Below are positions 1 to 9,885 of a DNA stretch of 64,000 nt, one piece after another. Position numbers and translations under genes: made by a program. The DNA is from an uncultured Chloroflexia bacterium (GTDB lineage: Bacteria; Chloroflexota; Limnocylindria; Limnocylindrales; CSP1-4): assembly GCA_963746845.1 (NCBI GenBank), contig CAVVCZ010000004.1, positions 64,001 through 128,000 on the forward strand. The letters run 5' to 3'. The notes beneath the pieces were generated by a model that saw only the letters and a program-made list of their open reading frames with translations, was not told where the DNA came from and did not search any database. Each line of letters begins with the position of its first letter. Position 1 is the first letter of the stretch.

Positions 1-537
1 GACCCCCTCGACGGGACGGTGAACTACGCCAATGGGCTGCCGGTGTTCTGTGTCTCGATCGGGTTCGTCGTCGACGGGCGGCCGGCGGCGGGCGCCGTCC
101 TCGATCCGACCCGGGACGAGATGTTCGCCGCGACCGCCGACGGCCCCGCGACGCTCAACGGACGGCCGATCCGCGTCTCGACGAAGGACCAGCTGACCGA
201 CGCCGTGATCTCGCTCGCGCTCGCCGGGCGGTCCGTGTCGAGCCGGGCACGGGCCATCCGGAAGGCCGTCCGCGTCCCGCGCTCGATGGGCTCGGCGTCG
301 CTCGCCCTCGCGTATGTCGGCAACGGGCGGTTCGATGCGTTCCTCCAGGAGAGCGGGCTGTCGGCGTGGGACATCGCGGCGGCCGGACTGATCGCGGAGC
401 GCGCGGGCGCGACGATCACGGCCTTCGACGGCTCGGCGTGGTACGACCAGACGCGGCCGACGCGGACGGCGAGCATGGTCGCCGCGCCGCCGGCGCACCA
501 CGCGCGGCTCCTGGCGCTGGCGACCGGCCGCGGCTGA
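1..537 (+). CDS. Inositol monophosphatase family protein (5'-truncated)
   Basis: Frame 1 from base 1 reads DPLDGTVNYANG (IMPase motif) and later WDIAAAGLIAERAGA. Confidence 0.9.
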   Translation, partial: DPLDGTVNYANGLPVFCVSIGFVVDGRPAAGAVLDPTRDEMFAATADGPATLNGRPIRVSTKDQLTDAVISLALAGRSVSSRARAIRKAVRVPRSMGSASLALAYVGNGRFDAFLQESGLSAWDIAAAGLIAERAGATITAFDGSAWYDQTRPTRTASMVAAPPAHHARLLALATGRG

Positions 538-561
538 GGGGGCGGTTCGTTCGGACCGACG

Positions 562-1479
562 CTACGCCCCCCAGCGGTGGGGTCGGGCGCGAAGTCGGTC
601 GAGGCCCCACCGGTCGCAGAACGCCTCCCAGGTCGGGCGGGGCGTGCCGCGCCATTCGAGCTGCGCCGCCCGCTCCTGCGGGATCGGCGTGTCGAGGCGG
701 AGCCGGGCGAGCGTCCGGTAGAGGATCGCGTCATCGTGCTGCTCCGCGAGGACCGCGGCGAGCCGGACGGCGCCCGTGACGCCCTTCACGTCCCACTCGC
801 TCGCCTTCGCCGGGATGTCGTCGATCGAGCCGTACCGGCGGAGGACGGCCGCCGCCGACTTCGCCCCCCAGCCGGGCAGCCCCGGGTAGCCGTCGGACGA
901 GTCGCCGACGAGCGCCAGCCAGTCCGGGATCGAGGCCGGCTCGACGCCCCACTTCTCGAGGACGCCGGCGCGGTCGTACGTGATCTGGCGGCGCCGGTCG
1001 CGGAGCACGACCCGCTCGTCGATCACGCACTGGGCCATGTCCTTGTCCGGCGTGCAGATCAGGATCCGCTCGACGTCCGGGTCCGCGGCGAACCGGGCCG
1101 CGGCCGCGCCGATCGCGTCGTCCGCCTCGAACTCGGTCTCCGGCCAGAGCACGATCCCGAGGGCCTCGATCGCCTCCTCGGCGATGGGGAACTGGTCGAG
1201 CAGCCGCGGATCCATCCCGGCCGACGACTTGTAGCCGGGGAACAGGTCGTTCCGGAACGACTCGATCACGTGGTCCGTCGCGCAGCCCACGTGGGTTGCG
1301 CCCTCCTCGCGGAGGAGGAAGAGGAGCTGGTCACACAGCCCGGACACGCCCGACAGGACCCGCCCGTCGCGGCCGATCACGGGTGGACGCGGTGCGTAGT
1401 GCGCGCGGAACAGCTCGTAGGTCGCGTCGACGAGGTGGACCTGCACGGGTTGGCGGGCTATCGCATCCGGGTCGACCAC
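562..1479 (-). CDS. Stand-alone 5'-3' exonuclease / flap endonuclease (PolI N-terminal-like)
   Basis: VHLVDATYELFRAHY, FRNDLFPGYK, FEADDAIG, TPDKD, H3TH motif LVGDSSDGYPGLPGWGAKSA; start GTG 1479 or 1446 (upstream part of ORF 562..2091 is spurious). Confidence 0.88.
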   Translation of the reverse strand: MVDPDAIARQPVQVHLVDATYELFRAHYAPRPPVIGRDGRVLSGVSGLCDQLLFLLREEGATHVGCATDHVIESFRNDLFPGYKSSAGMDPRLLDQFPIAEEAIEALGIVLWPETEFEADDAIGAAAARFAADPDVERILICTPDKDMAQCVIDERVVLRDRRRQITYDRAGVLEKWGVEPASIPDWLALVGDSSDGYPGLPGWGAKSAAAVLRRYGSIDDIPAKASEWDVKGVTGAVRLAAVLAEQHDDAILYRTLARLRLDTPIPQERAAQLEWRGTPRPTWEAFCDRWGLDRLRARPHRWGA

Positions 1480-2069
1480 GTCCGGACGCCGGCCTCGGAC
1501 ATGGCCTCGAGCGCACGTTCGCCGTCGCCCGGCTGGAGATTCACCGCGAGGCAGGCATCGATCAGGACGGCCGTCTCGAAGCCGAGGCGGGTTGCGTCGA
1601 CCGCCGTCGCGTTCACGCAGTAGTCCGTCGCGAGCCCGCAGACCACGACCCGGGTCACGCCGGCGTCGCGGAGGATCGCGTTCAGCCCCGTCGGGCTGGT
1701 CTCGCCCGAGACCGGATCGCGCATCGTGAAGCCGGAATAGCCGTCCTCGCCGTTCTGGCCCTTGCGGATCCGGGGCGACTCGGCGACCGCCGTCGCATCC
1801 ACGCCGGGGTGGATCTCCGCGCCCCACGTCCCGGCGACGCAGTGGACCGGCCAGACCCCGCCGTCCTTGGCGAAGTGCGGCGTCGACTCGGGGTGCCAGT
1901 CCTGGGTGAAGACGATGAGCGCGCCAGCCGATCGGGCCGCCGCGATCTCGCCGTTCACGATCGGGACGATGTTCGCCCCGCCGCGGACCGCGAGGCCGCC
2001 GGCCGGATCGGCGAAGTCGTTCTGGAGATCGACGACGACGAGGGCGGTGTGGGGCTCGTAGCGCTGCAC
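1458..2069 (-). CDS. pncA: Nicotinamidase/pyrazinamidase
   Basis: VVDLQNDF, DWH, WPVHCVAGTWGAE, KG..YSGF, GLATDYCV; GTG 6 nt after TATGGT. Confidence 0.9.
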   Translation of the reverse strand: MQRYEPHTALVVVDLQNDFADPAGGLAVRGGANIVPIVNGEIAAARSAGALIVFTQDWHPESTPHFAKDGGVWPVHCVAGTWGAEIHPGVDATAVAESPRIRKGQNGEDGYSGFTMRDPVSGETSPTGLNAILRDAGVTRVVVCGLATDYCVNATAVDATRLGFETAVLIDACLAVNLQPGDGERALEAMSEAGVRTWSTRMR

Positions 2070-2320
2070 GCCCGGACCATAGCAAAGGCACGTGCCCGCG
2101 CCCGCGCTTATGCCCCCTGAGCCCGCGCCCGTGCCCCGCGGCGCCGCAATTCCGTCATCCGACACTCACGCGAGCGTTAGGCGACAGGCTGGGGCCAGAT
2201 CGTCCATCCGTTAGCCGTCGACAGCTAACGGAGGCGAGAATCGCCGGTCAGTCGATGGCTAATGCGCGGGTGGCTGTCGTTTGACAGACTCCGGCCCGAA
2301 ACGAGGAGCCGGCGGACCGC

Positions 2321-3085
2321 CTACCCGACGGCGGCCGCCTCGGTGTCGACGGTCGCAGCCGCATCGTGCGCCGAACCATCTCCGCCGCCCGCCGTCCCTT
2401 CGACGTCGAGCAGGTAGCCGATCCCCTGGAACGTCCGGATCCGGCCCGGCTCGCCCGGCTTCGCACCGAGCTTGCGGCGGACGCGGCTGATCCACACGCG
2501 CAGGTACTGGAGGTCGTCGCGGTATTCCGGGCCCCAGACCTTCGTCAGGAGCTCCGTGTGGAGCACGACCTTGCCGGGGTGCGTCGCGAGATGCTGCAGG
2601 AGCAGCCACTCGGTGCGCGACAGCTGGACCAGCTCGCCGTTGCGGCGGACCATTCGCCGCTCCAGGTCGATCTCGACGTCGTCGAACGCGACCACGCCCG
2701 CTCCCGGCTCCACGCCCGTCGAGCGGCGGATGACCGCACGGACGCGCGCCGCGAGCTCGTCCGGATGGAACGGCTTGGCGATGTAGTCGTCGGCGCCGAG
2801 ATCCAGGCCCTTGGCCTTGTCGGCCGTGGCGCCCTTGGCGGTGAGCAGGATCACCGGTACGGGCCGCTGCTCGCGGAGCTGGCGCATGACCTCGATCCCG
2901 TCGAGGTCGGGCATGACGATGTCGAGGAGGACGATGTCCGGACGGATCTCCTCCGCCTTGGCGAGGGCATCCTCGCCGCCCGTCGCGGTGACGACGCGGA
3001 AGCCTTCCTCGCTCAGCGCGATCGAGACGAGCTTCGTGATTCGCGGTTCGTCGTCGGCGACGAGGACCAGCGGTTGGGTTCCCAC
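2321..3085 (-). CDS. OmpR-family response regulator (KdpE-like)
   Basis: VLVADDE, LLDIVMPDLDG, GADDYIAKPF, winged helix YLRVWISRVRRKL..GIGY; GGAGG before GTG. Confidence 0.92.
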   Translation of the reverse strand: MGTQPLVLVADDEPRITKLVSIALSEEGFRVVTATGGEDALAKAEEIRPDIVLLDIVMPDLDGIEVMRQLREQRPVPVILLTAKGATADKAKGLDLGADDYIAKPFHPDELAARVRAVIRRSTGVEPGAGVVAFDDVEIDLERRMVRRNGELVQLSRTEWLLLQHLATHPGKVVLHTELLTKVWGPEYRDDLQYLRVWISRVRRKLGAKPGEPGRIRTFQGIGYLLDVEGTAGGGDGSAHDAAATVDTEAAAVG

Positions 3086-3285
3086 ACAACACCTCCGGTG
3101 TCTGTCAGATGCGATGGTGACGGTTCGGCCGTCAGCCGTGAAGGGCGTTCGGATGTGAGCCCGGAGTCTGCCCGTCGGGTCGTACCGGGCGCCCGAGACC
3201 ACATTGCAGAACCGTCAAGCGCGCATATCAATCCAGGGGGACGAGCACGGCCGGCGAGCTCATGGCAGCGGGATTCCCCGGCGGA

Positions 3286-3313
3286 TGTAACGCGAGCGGT
3301 TCGGCCGGCATCT
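3286..3313 (+). promoter_or_regulatory. Putative ECF-type autoregulatory promoter TGTAAC-N16-GCATCT
   Basis: Motif ends 7 nt before the ATG of the ECF sigma gene. Confidence 0.5.
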
Positions 3314-3320
3314 GTAGCGC

Positions 3321-3861
3321 ATGATCGGTGGCGTGATCGCGGAGGCCGAGCCAGAGCGGTTGATGCTCGCGCGCGCCATCTCCGGCGATGAGGTCGCATT
3401 CGCCCGGATCGTCGCGATGCATCACGGCGACATGGCGCGGATCGCCTACTTCGTGTGCGGCGACCTCGACGTCGCCGAGGAGGCCGAGCAGACGGCCTGG
3501 GCCGTCGCATTCCGCCGCCTGAAGGACCTGCGAGACCCCGATCGCCTGCGCCCGTGGTTGATGTCGATCGCGGCCAACGAGGCGCGCCAGATCGCCCGGA
3601 GCCGGCGCCGACGCACGGTTCGCGAGCTGGCCGTCACCGACCCGACATCGTCCGGTGAGGTCGACCACGCGTCGATGATCGACCTCGCCAATGCCATTGC
3701 CCGGCTCGACGAACGCGACCGCGCGATCGTCGGCCTGCGCTTCATCGGCGGCTTCGAATTCGGCAGAGATCGGTCGCGCGATGGGGATGTCCGCAACGGG
3801 CGTGCGCGTACGCCTCCACCGACTCCTCGAACGGTTGCGAAAGGACCTCGGCGATGACTGA
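3321..3861 (+). CDS. ECF sigma factor (frameshift near 3758)
   Basis: Region 2 AEEAEQTAW..LRPWLMSIAANEA; region 4 continues in the shifted frame SAEIGRAMGMSATGVRVRLHRLLERLRKDLGDD*. Confidence 0.88.
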
Positions 3862-5212
3862 ACGACAGACCACGGAGCCGTACGAGACGCGGTTCGCCGG
3901 CCTTGTCGGCGCGTACACCGACGTGGCGACGACGCGACCGATCGATCCCCTCCAGGTCTCCCGGACGGCGATGTCGTCCCCGCCCGTCAGCCGACGGTCG
4001 GGTTGGCCCGGCGGCGGTCCGCTCGGCCGACGGATCGCCGGTGACCGCTGGGCTGCAGCCGCAGTCGCCGCGATCCTGGTCGTCGTCGTGGCCTTCGCCG
4101 TCCAGGGTCGACTGTCCGACACCCGCGTCGGCCAGGTACCGACGCCCGCACCCTCGGAGACGTCGAGTCCCCCGCCGTCGGCCGGCGGCCCGATCCCCGA
4201 CGTGCTCCGTCACGCGTGGCAGCGGCCTCTCCCCGTTGCGCCCGGTCCGGACGTGTACGGGTCGGGGTTCCTGAGCTTCACGGGCGACCAGCTGGAGTAC
4301 GGCCGTGCACCGGGGGCCGACGCGTCGCGATCGGCGATCGCGGTCGCCGGGGCGGACATCCTCGTGGTCACGGCAACCGGGGAGACGCAGGGATGCCAGC
4401 CCGGAGCCGTCGCGACCTACCGCTGGGCCGTCGATGGGAAGGACACAGTCGTGACCCTGATGCCGGTCGTCCCCGATGCGTGCCCCGCCCGGGAAGAGCT
4501 GCTGGCCGGGCCCTGGGTGCGGTCCGACCTGCCGCCCAATCCGGGCACCACCGTGGGCCTGGCGGCTGGGACCTACACGACGTCGGCGTTCGACCCGTTC
4601 GCCGGGGCCGGTCGACCCCGCCGGCTGAGCTACACCGTCCCGGCCGGCTGGGAGACCCTCGGTGACGAGCCGGACGGCTACGTCCTGCATCACGTCGCGG
4701 ACCCTGCCCAGGGGCTGCCGTCGAAGGACCTGTTCATCGGGGTCATCGCACAACCCGCAATCGCGGATTTCGCGCCTGGGCAGGACTGCTCGACGGCCGT
4801 CGACGCGCCCGGCGTCGGGCGCGGCCGCGATGCCCTCGTCGCGGCGATCCGAGCGAGGCCGGGCGTCGTCTCGACGCCACCGGTCAAGGTGACCGTCGGA
4901 GGCTTCGCCGGGCTGATGCTCGATCTCCGGCTGGCGCCGTCCTGGGACATGGGCTGCATCTCGCCAGGAGGCCTCGTCGTCGGAACCCAGGTTCTGCATG
5001 GAGCGGGACCAGGGGCCGGCCCCATCGTGGGACTCGGCGCGGAGGTACCCGTGCGACTCATCCTGCTCGATCTGGGCCCGGACCACTCGCTGGCGATCGT
5101 GATCTTCGGGGTCGTCCCCACCCCGACCGCGTCGTTCGAGGATCAGGCCGCCGCGGCGATGCCGGTCATCGAGAGCTTCGAGTTCCCGCGCCAGCCGGGC
5201 CCGACGAGCTGA
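3854..5212 (+). CDS. Single-TM membrane protein, probable anti-sigma factor with extracytoplasmic domain
   Basis: Overlaps the ECF 3' end; short N-terminus, TM AAAAVAAILVVVVAFAV, P/S/T linker, Cys pairs in the outer domain. Confidence 0.65.
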   Translation: MTERQTTEPYETRFAGLVGAYTDVATTRPIDPLQVSRTAMSSPPVSRRSGWPGGGPLGRRIAGDRWAAAAVAAILVVVVAFAVQGRLSDTRVGQVPTPAPSETSSPPPSAGGPIPDVLRHAWQRPLPVAPGPDVYGSGFLSFTGDQLEYGRAPGADASRSAIAVAGADILVVTATGETQGCQPGAVATYRWAVDGKDTVVTLMPVVPDACPAREELLAGPWVRSDLPPNPGTTVGLAAGTYTTSAFDPFAGAGRPRRLSYTVPAGWETLGDEPDGYVLHHVADPAQGLPSKDLFIGVIAQPAIADFAPGQDCSTAVDAPGVGRGRDALVAAIRARPGVVSTPPVKVTVGGFAGLMLDLRLAPSWDMGCISPGGLVVGTQVLHGAGPGAGPIVGLGAEVPVRLILLDLGPDHSLAIVIFGVVPTPTASFEDQAAAAMPVIESFEFPRQPGPTS

Positions 5213-5272
5213 CGAGGCACCGCAACCGTCTCGCAACGCACGTTCCGGCAACGTTGGGCTACGCTGGACCCG

Positions 5273-5638
5273 ATGAGCTTTCCCGACACCGACCTCGCCC
5301 GGATCCGGGCGGCCGAAGAGGTCGAGATCGAGACCCAGGCGCCCGATGGGCCGGTTCACCGCACGATCATCTGGATCGTCGTCGACGGTGATGACACGTT
5401 CGTCCGGTCCGTGAAGGGGACGCGCGGGCGGTGGTTCCGCGAGGCGACCGCGAACCCCGCCATCGCCGTCCACGTCGACGGCCGGCGGATCCCGGCGACG
5501 GCGATCCCGGCGACCGATCCCGACTCGATCGATCACATCAACCGGGCGCTGACCGCGAAGTACACGGGAATCGAGGGCTACGACTCGATGCTCGAGCCCG
5601 ACGTCCTGTCGACCAACTTCCGCCTCGAGCCCGCCTGA
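5273..5638 (+). CDS. DUF2255-like split-barrel protein
   Basis: TIIWIVVDGDDTFVRSVKGTRGRWFR..LTAKY; TACGCT 7 nt before ATG. Confidence 0.7.
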   Translation: MSFPDTDLARIRAAEEVEIETQAPDGPVHRTIIWIVVDGDDTFVRSVKGTRGRWFREATANPAIAVHVDGRRIPATAIPATDPDSIDHINRALTAKYTGIEGYDSMLEPDVLSTNFRLEPA

Positions 5639-5669
5639 CCCGGGCCCGTCACCAGCCCACGAGGCAGCC

Positions 5670-8351
5670 ATGTCGTTCGACGAATTCAAGCATCAGCTCC
5701 CCGACATCGACCCGGCCGAGACCCAGGAGTGGCTCGACTCGTTCGACCAGCTCGTCGGCCAGGAGGGCGAGAGCCGCGCCCGGTTCCTCGTCTACAAGCT
5801 GCTGAAGCGCGCGCGCCAGCTCCACGTCGGGCTGCCGCCGCTCACCCAGACCCGGTACATCAACACGATCAGCCCGGAGCAGGAGCCGTTCTTCCCGGGC
5901 GACGAGGAGATCGAGCTCCGGATCCGGCGGATCATCCGCTGGAACGCGGTCGCGATGGTCCTCCGCGCGAACAACCAGTTCACGGGGATCGGCGGACACC
6001 TCGCGACGTATGCCTCGGCGGCGAGCCTCTACGAGGTCGGGTTCAACCACTTCTTCCGGGGCAAGGACGACGGCCACTCCGGCGACCAGGTCTTCTACCA
6101 GGGCCACGCGGCTCCGGGGATCTACGCCCGGGCGTTCCTCGAGGGGCGCCTGACCGAGGACCAGCTCGACCACTTCCGACGCGAGACCGTCCCCGGCCAG
6201 GGCCTCAGCTCGTACCCCCATCCGCGGCTGATGCCGGACTTCTGGGAGTTCCCGACCGTCTCGATGGGCCTCGGCCCGATCAGTGCGATCTACCAGGCGC
6301 GCTACAACCGGTACCTCCAGAACCGGGGCCTGCTCGATACGTCCGGCTCGCGGGTGTGGGCATTCCTCGGCGACGGCGAGAGCGACGAGCCGGAGTCGCT
6401 CGGCGCGCTCCACGTCGCGGCCCGCGAGGGCCTCGACAACCTCACGTTCGTCGTCAACTGCAACCTTCAGCGGCTCGACGGCCCCGTCCGGGGCAACGGC
6501 AAGATCATCCAGGAGCTCGAGGCCGTCTTCCGCGGCTCCGGCTGGAACGTCATCAAGGTGATCTGGTCCCGCGAGTGGGACGACCTCCTCGCCCGGGACG
6601 TCGACGGCGTCCTCGTCGAGAAGATGAACAACACCCTCGACGGCGAGTTCCAGAAGTACTCGGTCGCCGGCGGCGCCTACATCCGCGAGCACTTCTTCGG
6701 GCCGGATCCGCGGCTCCGCAGGCTCGTCGAGCACCTCTCGGATGACGACATCGCGAAGCTCCGCCGCGGCGGTCACGACTACCGCAAGGTGTACGCCGCC
6801 TACAAGCAGGCGACCGAGTGGACCGGCGCGCCGACGGTGATCCTCGCCCACACGGTGAAGGGCTGGACGCTCGGGCCCGGCGTCGAGGCGCGGAACATCA
6901 CCCACCAGGCGAAGAAGCTGTCCGAGGCGGAGCTGAAGATCTTCCGCGACCGGATCGAGCTGCCGATCCCCGATGCGAAGATCAAGGACGCGCCGTACTA
7001 CCACCCGGGCCCGAACTCGGAGGAGGTCAAGTACCTCCACGAGCGCCGGCGCGCGCTCGGCGGCTTCGTCCCGCGCCGGACCGTGCGCAAGGCGCCGCTG
7101 CCGAAGCCGCCCGCGGCGATCGACGCGGAGTTCGCCGCCGGCTCGGACACCGCCGTCTCCACGACGATGGTCTTCACCCGGATCCTGCGGAACCTGATCC
7201 GCGACAAGGACCTCGGACCGCGGATCGTCCCGATCATCCCCGACGAGGCGCGGACCTTCGGCATGGATCCGCTGTTCAAGGAAGTCGGGATCTACGCCGC
7301 CCTCGGCCAGCGCTACGAGCCGGTCGACTCGGACCTGGTGCTGTCGTACCGCGAGGCGGTCGATGGCCAGGTGCTCGAAGAGGGGATCACCGAGGCCGGC
7401 TCGATGGCCTCGCTCCAGGCTGCGGCGACCTCGTACGCGAGCCACGGCTTCCCGATGATCCCGTTCTACATCTTCTACTCGATGTTCGGGTTCCAGCGGA
7501 CCGGCGACCAGATCTGGGCGCTGGCCGACGCCCGCGGCCGCGGGTTCATGATGGGCGCGACGGCCGGCCGCACGACGCTGACCGGCGAGGGCCTCCAGCA
7601 CGACGACGGCCACTCGCACATCCTCGCCTCGACGATCCCGAACATCCGCGCCTACGACCCGGCGTTCGCCTACGAGCTGGCGGCGGTCGTCCGCGACGGC
7701 ATCGAGCGGATGTACCACGAGGGCCAGGACGTCTTCTACTACGTCACGCTCTACAACGAGAACTACGCCCAGCCGAAGAAGCCGGAGGGCGTCGACGAGG
7801 GCCTGATCCGCGGCATCTACCGCTTCGCCGAGGCGCCCGATCTCGGGCCGAAGGCGCACCGGGCGCGGCTGGTCGGGTCGGGCTCGATCCTCCAGCAGGT
7901 GATCGCGGCCCGGGATCTGCTGGCGGAGCAGGCCGGGATCGCGGCCGAGATCTACTCGGCGCCGTCGTTCCCGCTCCTGCGCCGCGACGCGCTCGAGACG
8001 GAGCGGTTCAACCGGCTCAACCCGAAGGCGACCCCGAAAGTGCCGTACGTGTCGACGGTCCTCGGCGCCGACGGCGGGCCGATCGTCGTGGCGACCGACT
8101 GGATGAAGGCCCTGCCCGACATGGTCGCCCGGTGGCTGCCGCCCTATTACGTATCGCTCGGGACGGACGGCTTCGGCCGATCCGATACGCGCGACGCCCT
8201 GCGGAGGCTGTTCGAGATCGACCCGCCGCACATCGCGGCCGCGGCGATCAGCGAGCTGGTCCGGTGCGGCGCGATGCCGGCCACGCAGGGCGCCCGGGCG
8301 ATCGGCGAGCTGGGCGTCGACCCGAAGAAGCTGGACCCGGCCGCGCTCTGA
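5670..8351 (+). CDS. aceE: Pyruvate dehydrogenase E1, homodimeric type
   Basis: DIDPAETQEWLDS, GLSSYPHP, FPTVSMGLG, TPP motif GDGESDEPES, NLQRLDGPVRGNGKIIQELE, LGTDGFGRSD. Confidence 0.97.
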   Translation: MSFDEFKHQLPDIDPAETQEWLDSFDQLVGQEGESRARFLVYKLLKRARQLHVGLPPLTQTRYINTISPEQEPFFPGDEEIELRIRRIIRWNAVAMVLRANNQFTGIGGHLATYASAASLYEVGFNHFFRGKDDGHSGDQVFYQGHAAPGIYARAFLEGRLTEDQLDHFRRETVPGQGLSSYPHPRLMPDFWEFPTVSMGLGPISAIYQARYNRYLQNRGLLDTSGSRVWAFLGDGESDEPESLGALHVAAREGLDNLTFVVNCNLQRLDGPVRGNGKIIQELEAVFRGSGWNVIKVIWSREWDDLLARDVDGVLVEKMNNTLDGEFQKYSVAGGAYIREHFFGPDPRLRRLVEHLSDDDIAKLRRGGHDYRKVYAAYKQATEWTGAPTVILAHTVKGWTLGPGVEARNITHQAKKLSEAELKIFRDRIELPIPDAKIKDAPYYHPGPNSEEVKYLHERRRALGGFVPRRTVRKAPLPKPPAAIDAEFAAGSDTAVSTTMVFTRILRNLIRDKDLGPRIVPIIPDEARTFGMDPLFKEVGIYAALGQRYEPVDSDLVLSYREAVDGQVLEEGITEAGSMASLQAAATSYASHGFPMIPFYIFYSMFGFQRTGDQIWALADARGRGFMMGATAGRTTLTGEGLQHDDGHSHILASTIPNIRAYDPAFAYELAAVVRDGIERMYHEGQDVFYYVTLYNENYAQPKKPEGVDEGLIRGIYRFAEAPDLGPKAHRARLVGSGSILQQVIAARDLLAEQAGIAAEIYSAPSFPLLRRDALETERFNRLNPKATPKVPYVSTVLGADGGPIVVATDWMKALPDMVARWLPPYYVSLGTDGFGRSDTRDALRRLFEIDPPHIAAAAISELVRCGAMPATQGARAIGELGVDPKKLDPAAL

Positions 8352-8379
8352 GTCCGGCCGCGCTCTGAGTCCGGCCGCG
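8337..8379 (+). repeat. 17-bp tandem duplication spanning the aceE stop codon
   Basis: CCGGCCGCGCTCTGAGT at 8337 and 8354, plus partial CCGGCCGCG at 8371. Confidence 0.85.
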
Positions 8380-8407
8380 GTCGTCGGGTCCCGGGCCGGT
8401 CCGAACC

Positions 8408-8653
8408 TGCCAGATCGACGCGGGACGTCGACTAGCCGATGTGACGGCCCGATTCGGTGCCAGATCGTCGCTGGGTGTCGACGAGGCGCCGTCGACGGCC
8501 GATCTGCGGCCGATCTGCTGATCCGTTGAGCGTGGAGAGGCCGCCCCATGGCGCGAATCGGCCGTTCGATCGCGCCAAGTCGACACCGGGTGGGAATTTG
8601 TCAGGCAATTCAGGCGAAACGGCCGCTAGTCGACACCTGGCGGGAATCTGGCG
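8408..8653. repeat. Four degenerate 28-bp repeats, two direct + two inverted, 50-bp period
   Basis: 8408-8435 and 8458-8485 (+), 8576-8603 and 8626-8653 (-); consensus tGcCAgAT...cgC..GgtGTCGACtaG. Confidence 0.75.
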
Positions 8654-8702
8654 GGCTCTGAGAGCGGCGCGACGTGCGCCGCTGCCGCGGTCGAGAAGCG
8701 GG

Positions 8703-9305
8703 TCAGCGGCGTCCCTTCGACGCGGCCCGCGCTTCGAGCCACGGCACCGTGACCTCGACGCAGAGATCGGCGGCCTTCCGGCTCGACAGGCCACGCGCGC
8801 GCAGGGCGAAGAACGCCGGCGGTCCGATCACCGCGGCGATGAGGGCCAGGGCCGTCTTGTCGTGCTTCAGCGGCCCGAGCGCATGGCGCATCAGGTCGTC
8901 GACGTCGCGGTAGTAGCTGTCGACGCCGCCTGACCACGCCTCGACGAGGTACGGCTCCTGCCGGTACAGCCCCCAGGCGGTCGCGCTCCGCTCGTAGAAC
9001 GCCGCCAGCTCCGTGGCCAGGCGGGCGATCCGCTCGGCGATCCCGTCGGCGCCGTCGAAGATCGCAGGGGTCGGCGGGCGCAGCTCGGCGAGGACCTCGT
9101 CGAAGACGGCGTTGGCGAGCTCCTGAGGGTCGGGGAAGTGGTTGCGGACGGTCGCCGGCGCGACGTCCGCCTCCCTGGCGATCGCGAGGTTCGACGCCGC
9201 GGCGACGCCCCGATCGCGATACACGCGCGCAGCCGCGGCCACGATCCGGGCCCGTGTCTCGTTCTTCGGCTCCGTGCGCTTCCCGAGCGCGTAGGGACGA
9301 GGCAA
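8703..9305 (-). CDS. TetR/AcrR family regulator
   Basis: HTH TRARIVAAA..IAREADVAPATVRNHFP. Confidence 0.9.
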   Translation of the reverse strand: MPRPYALGKRTEPKNETRARIVAAAARVYRDRGVAAASNLAIAREADVAPATVRNHFPDPQELANAVFDEVLAELRPPTPAIFDGADGIAERIARLATELAAFYERSATAWGLYRQEPYLVEAWSGGVDSYYRDVDDLMRHALGPLKHDKTALALIAAVIGPPAFFALRARGLSSRKAADLCVEVTVPWLEARAASKGRR

Positions 9306-9386
9306 TGGATCGTCTCCGAACTATTGACTACCAGTGTCAGCTAAATGTAACATCGGGGCGTCTCGTCGCCGCATCGGGTGGGAATC

Positions 9387-9884
9387 ATGGACTGGATGGT
9401 CGTGGTCGTGCAGTGGCTCCACGTGCTGCTCGGCATCCTCTGGTTCGGCAACGCGCTCGCCCTCGCGGTCATCGTGATCCCGGCGCTGAACCGACTTCCG
9501 ATGACCCGCCAGCGGGAGATCGGCAGCGCCATCGGCCTCCGGTCGAACCGGATCTTCCAGGTCGTCGTCCCGCTGATCATCGTCCTCGGGATCGTCCGCG
9601 GCACGGCTCTCGGGCCGATCCGGAGCGTCGACGTCCTGCTCGGGACCGCCTACGGCCTGACCTGGCTGGTCGCGCTCGTGGTGACGACGCTGACCTATCT
9701 CTGGGGCCTGTTCGTCATCGTCCCGGGCGTCGCCGCGCTGGAGCGCGCGCCGCTGAACGCCGACGGGACGGCGACGTCCGAGCTCGTGTCGGCGACGGAA
9801 CGTGTCAAGCAGCTGGTCCTCCTCGAGCTGTTCGGGTTCCTGGCGATCTTCACGTGCATGATCCTGATGCGCTTCGGGCTGTGA
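9387..9884 (+). CDS. 4-TM membrane protein (DUF2269/CopD-like fold)
   Basis: QWLHVLLGILWFG start, GTAYG, four hydrophobic segments; divergent from TetR. Confidence 0.7.
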   Translation: MDWMVVVVQWLHVLLGILWFGNALALAVIVIPALNRLPMTRQREIGSAIGLRSNRIFQVVVPLIIVLGIVRGTALGPIRSVDVLLGTAYGLTWLVALVVTTLTYLWGLFVIVPGVAALERAPLNADGTATSELVSATERVKQLVLLELFGFLAIFTCMILMRFGL

Positions 9885-9885
9885 G

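Noticed and set aside
3740-3861. Programmed frameshift controlling ECF region 4
   Set aside because: No slippery sequence or homopolymer run; same pattern as the other probable sequencing indels
5649-8549. Long antisense/overlapping ORFs (also 3446-5689, 20585-23494, 30536-33691 and the 5' parts of 14584-17730 and 39404-42601)
   Set aside because: Arg/Pro/Gly-rich shadow frames expected at this GC content; no motifs
8408-8653. Possible mini CRISPR array
   Set aside because: Repeats are degenerate, switch orientation, have 22-bp gaps, and no cas genes are present
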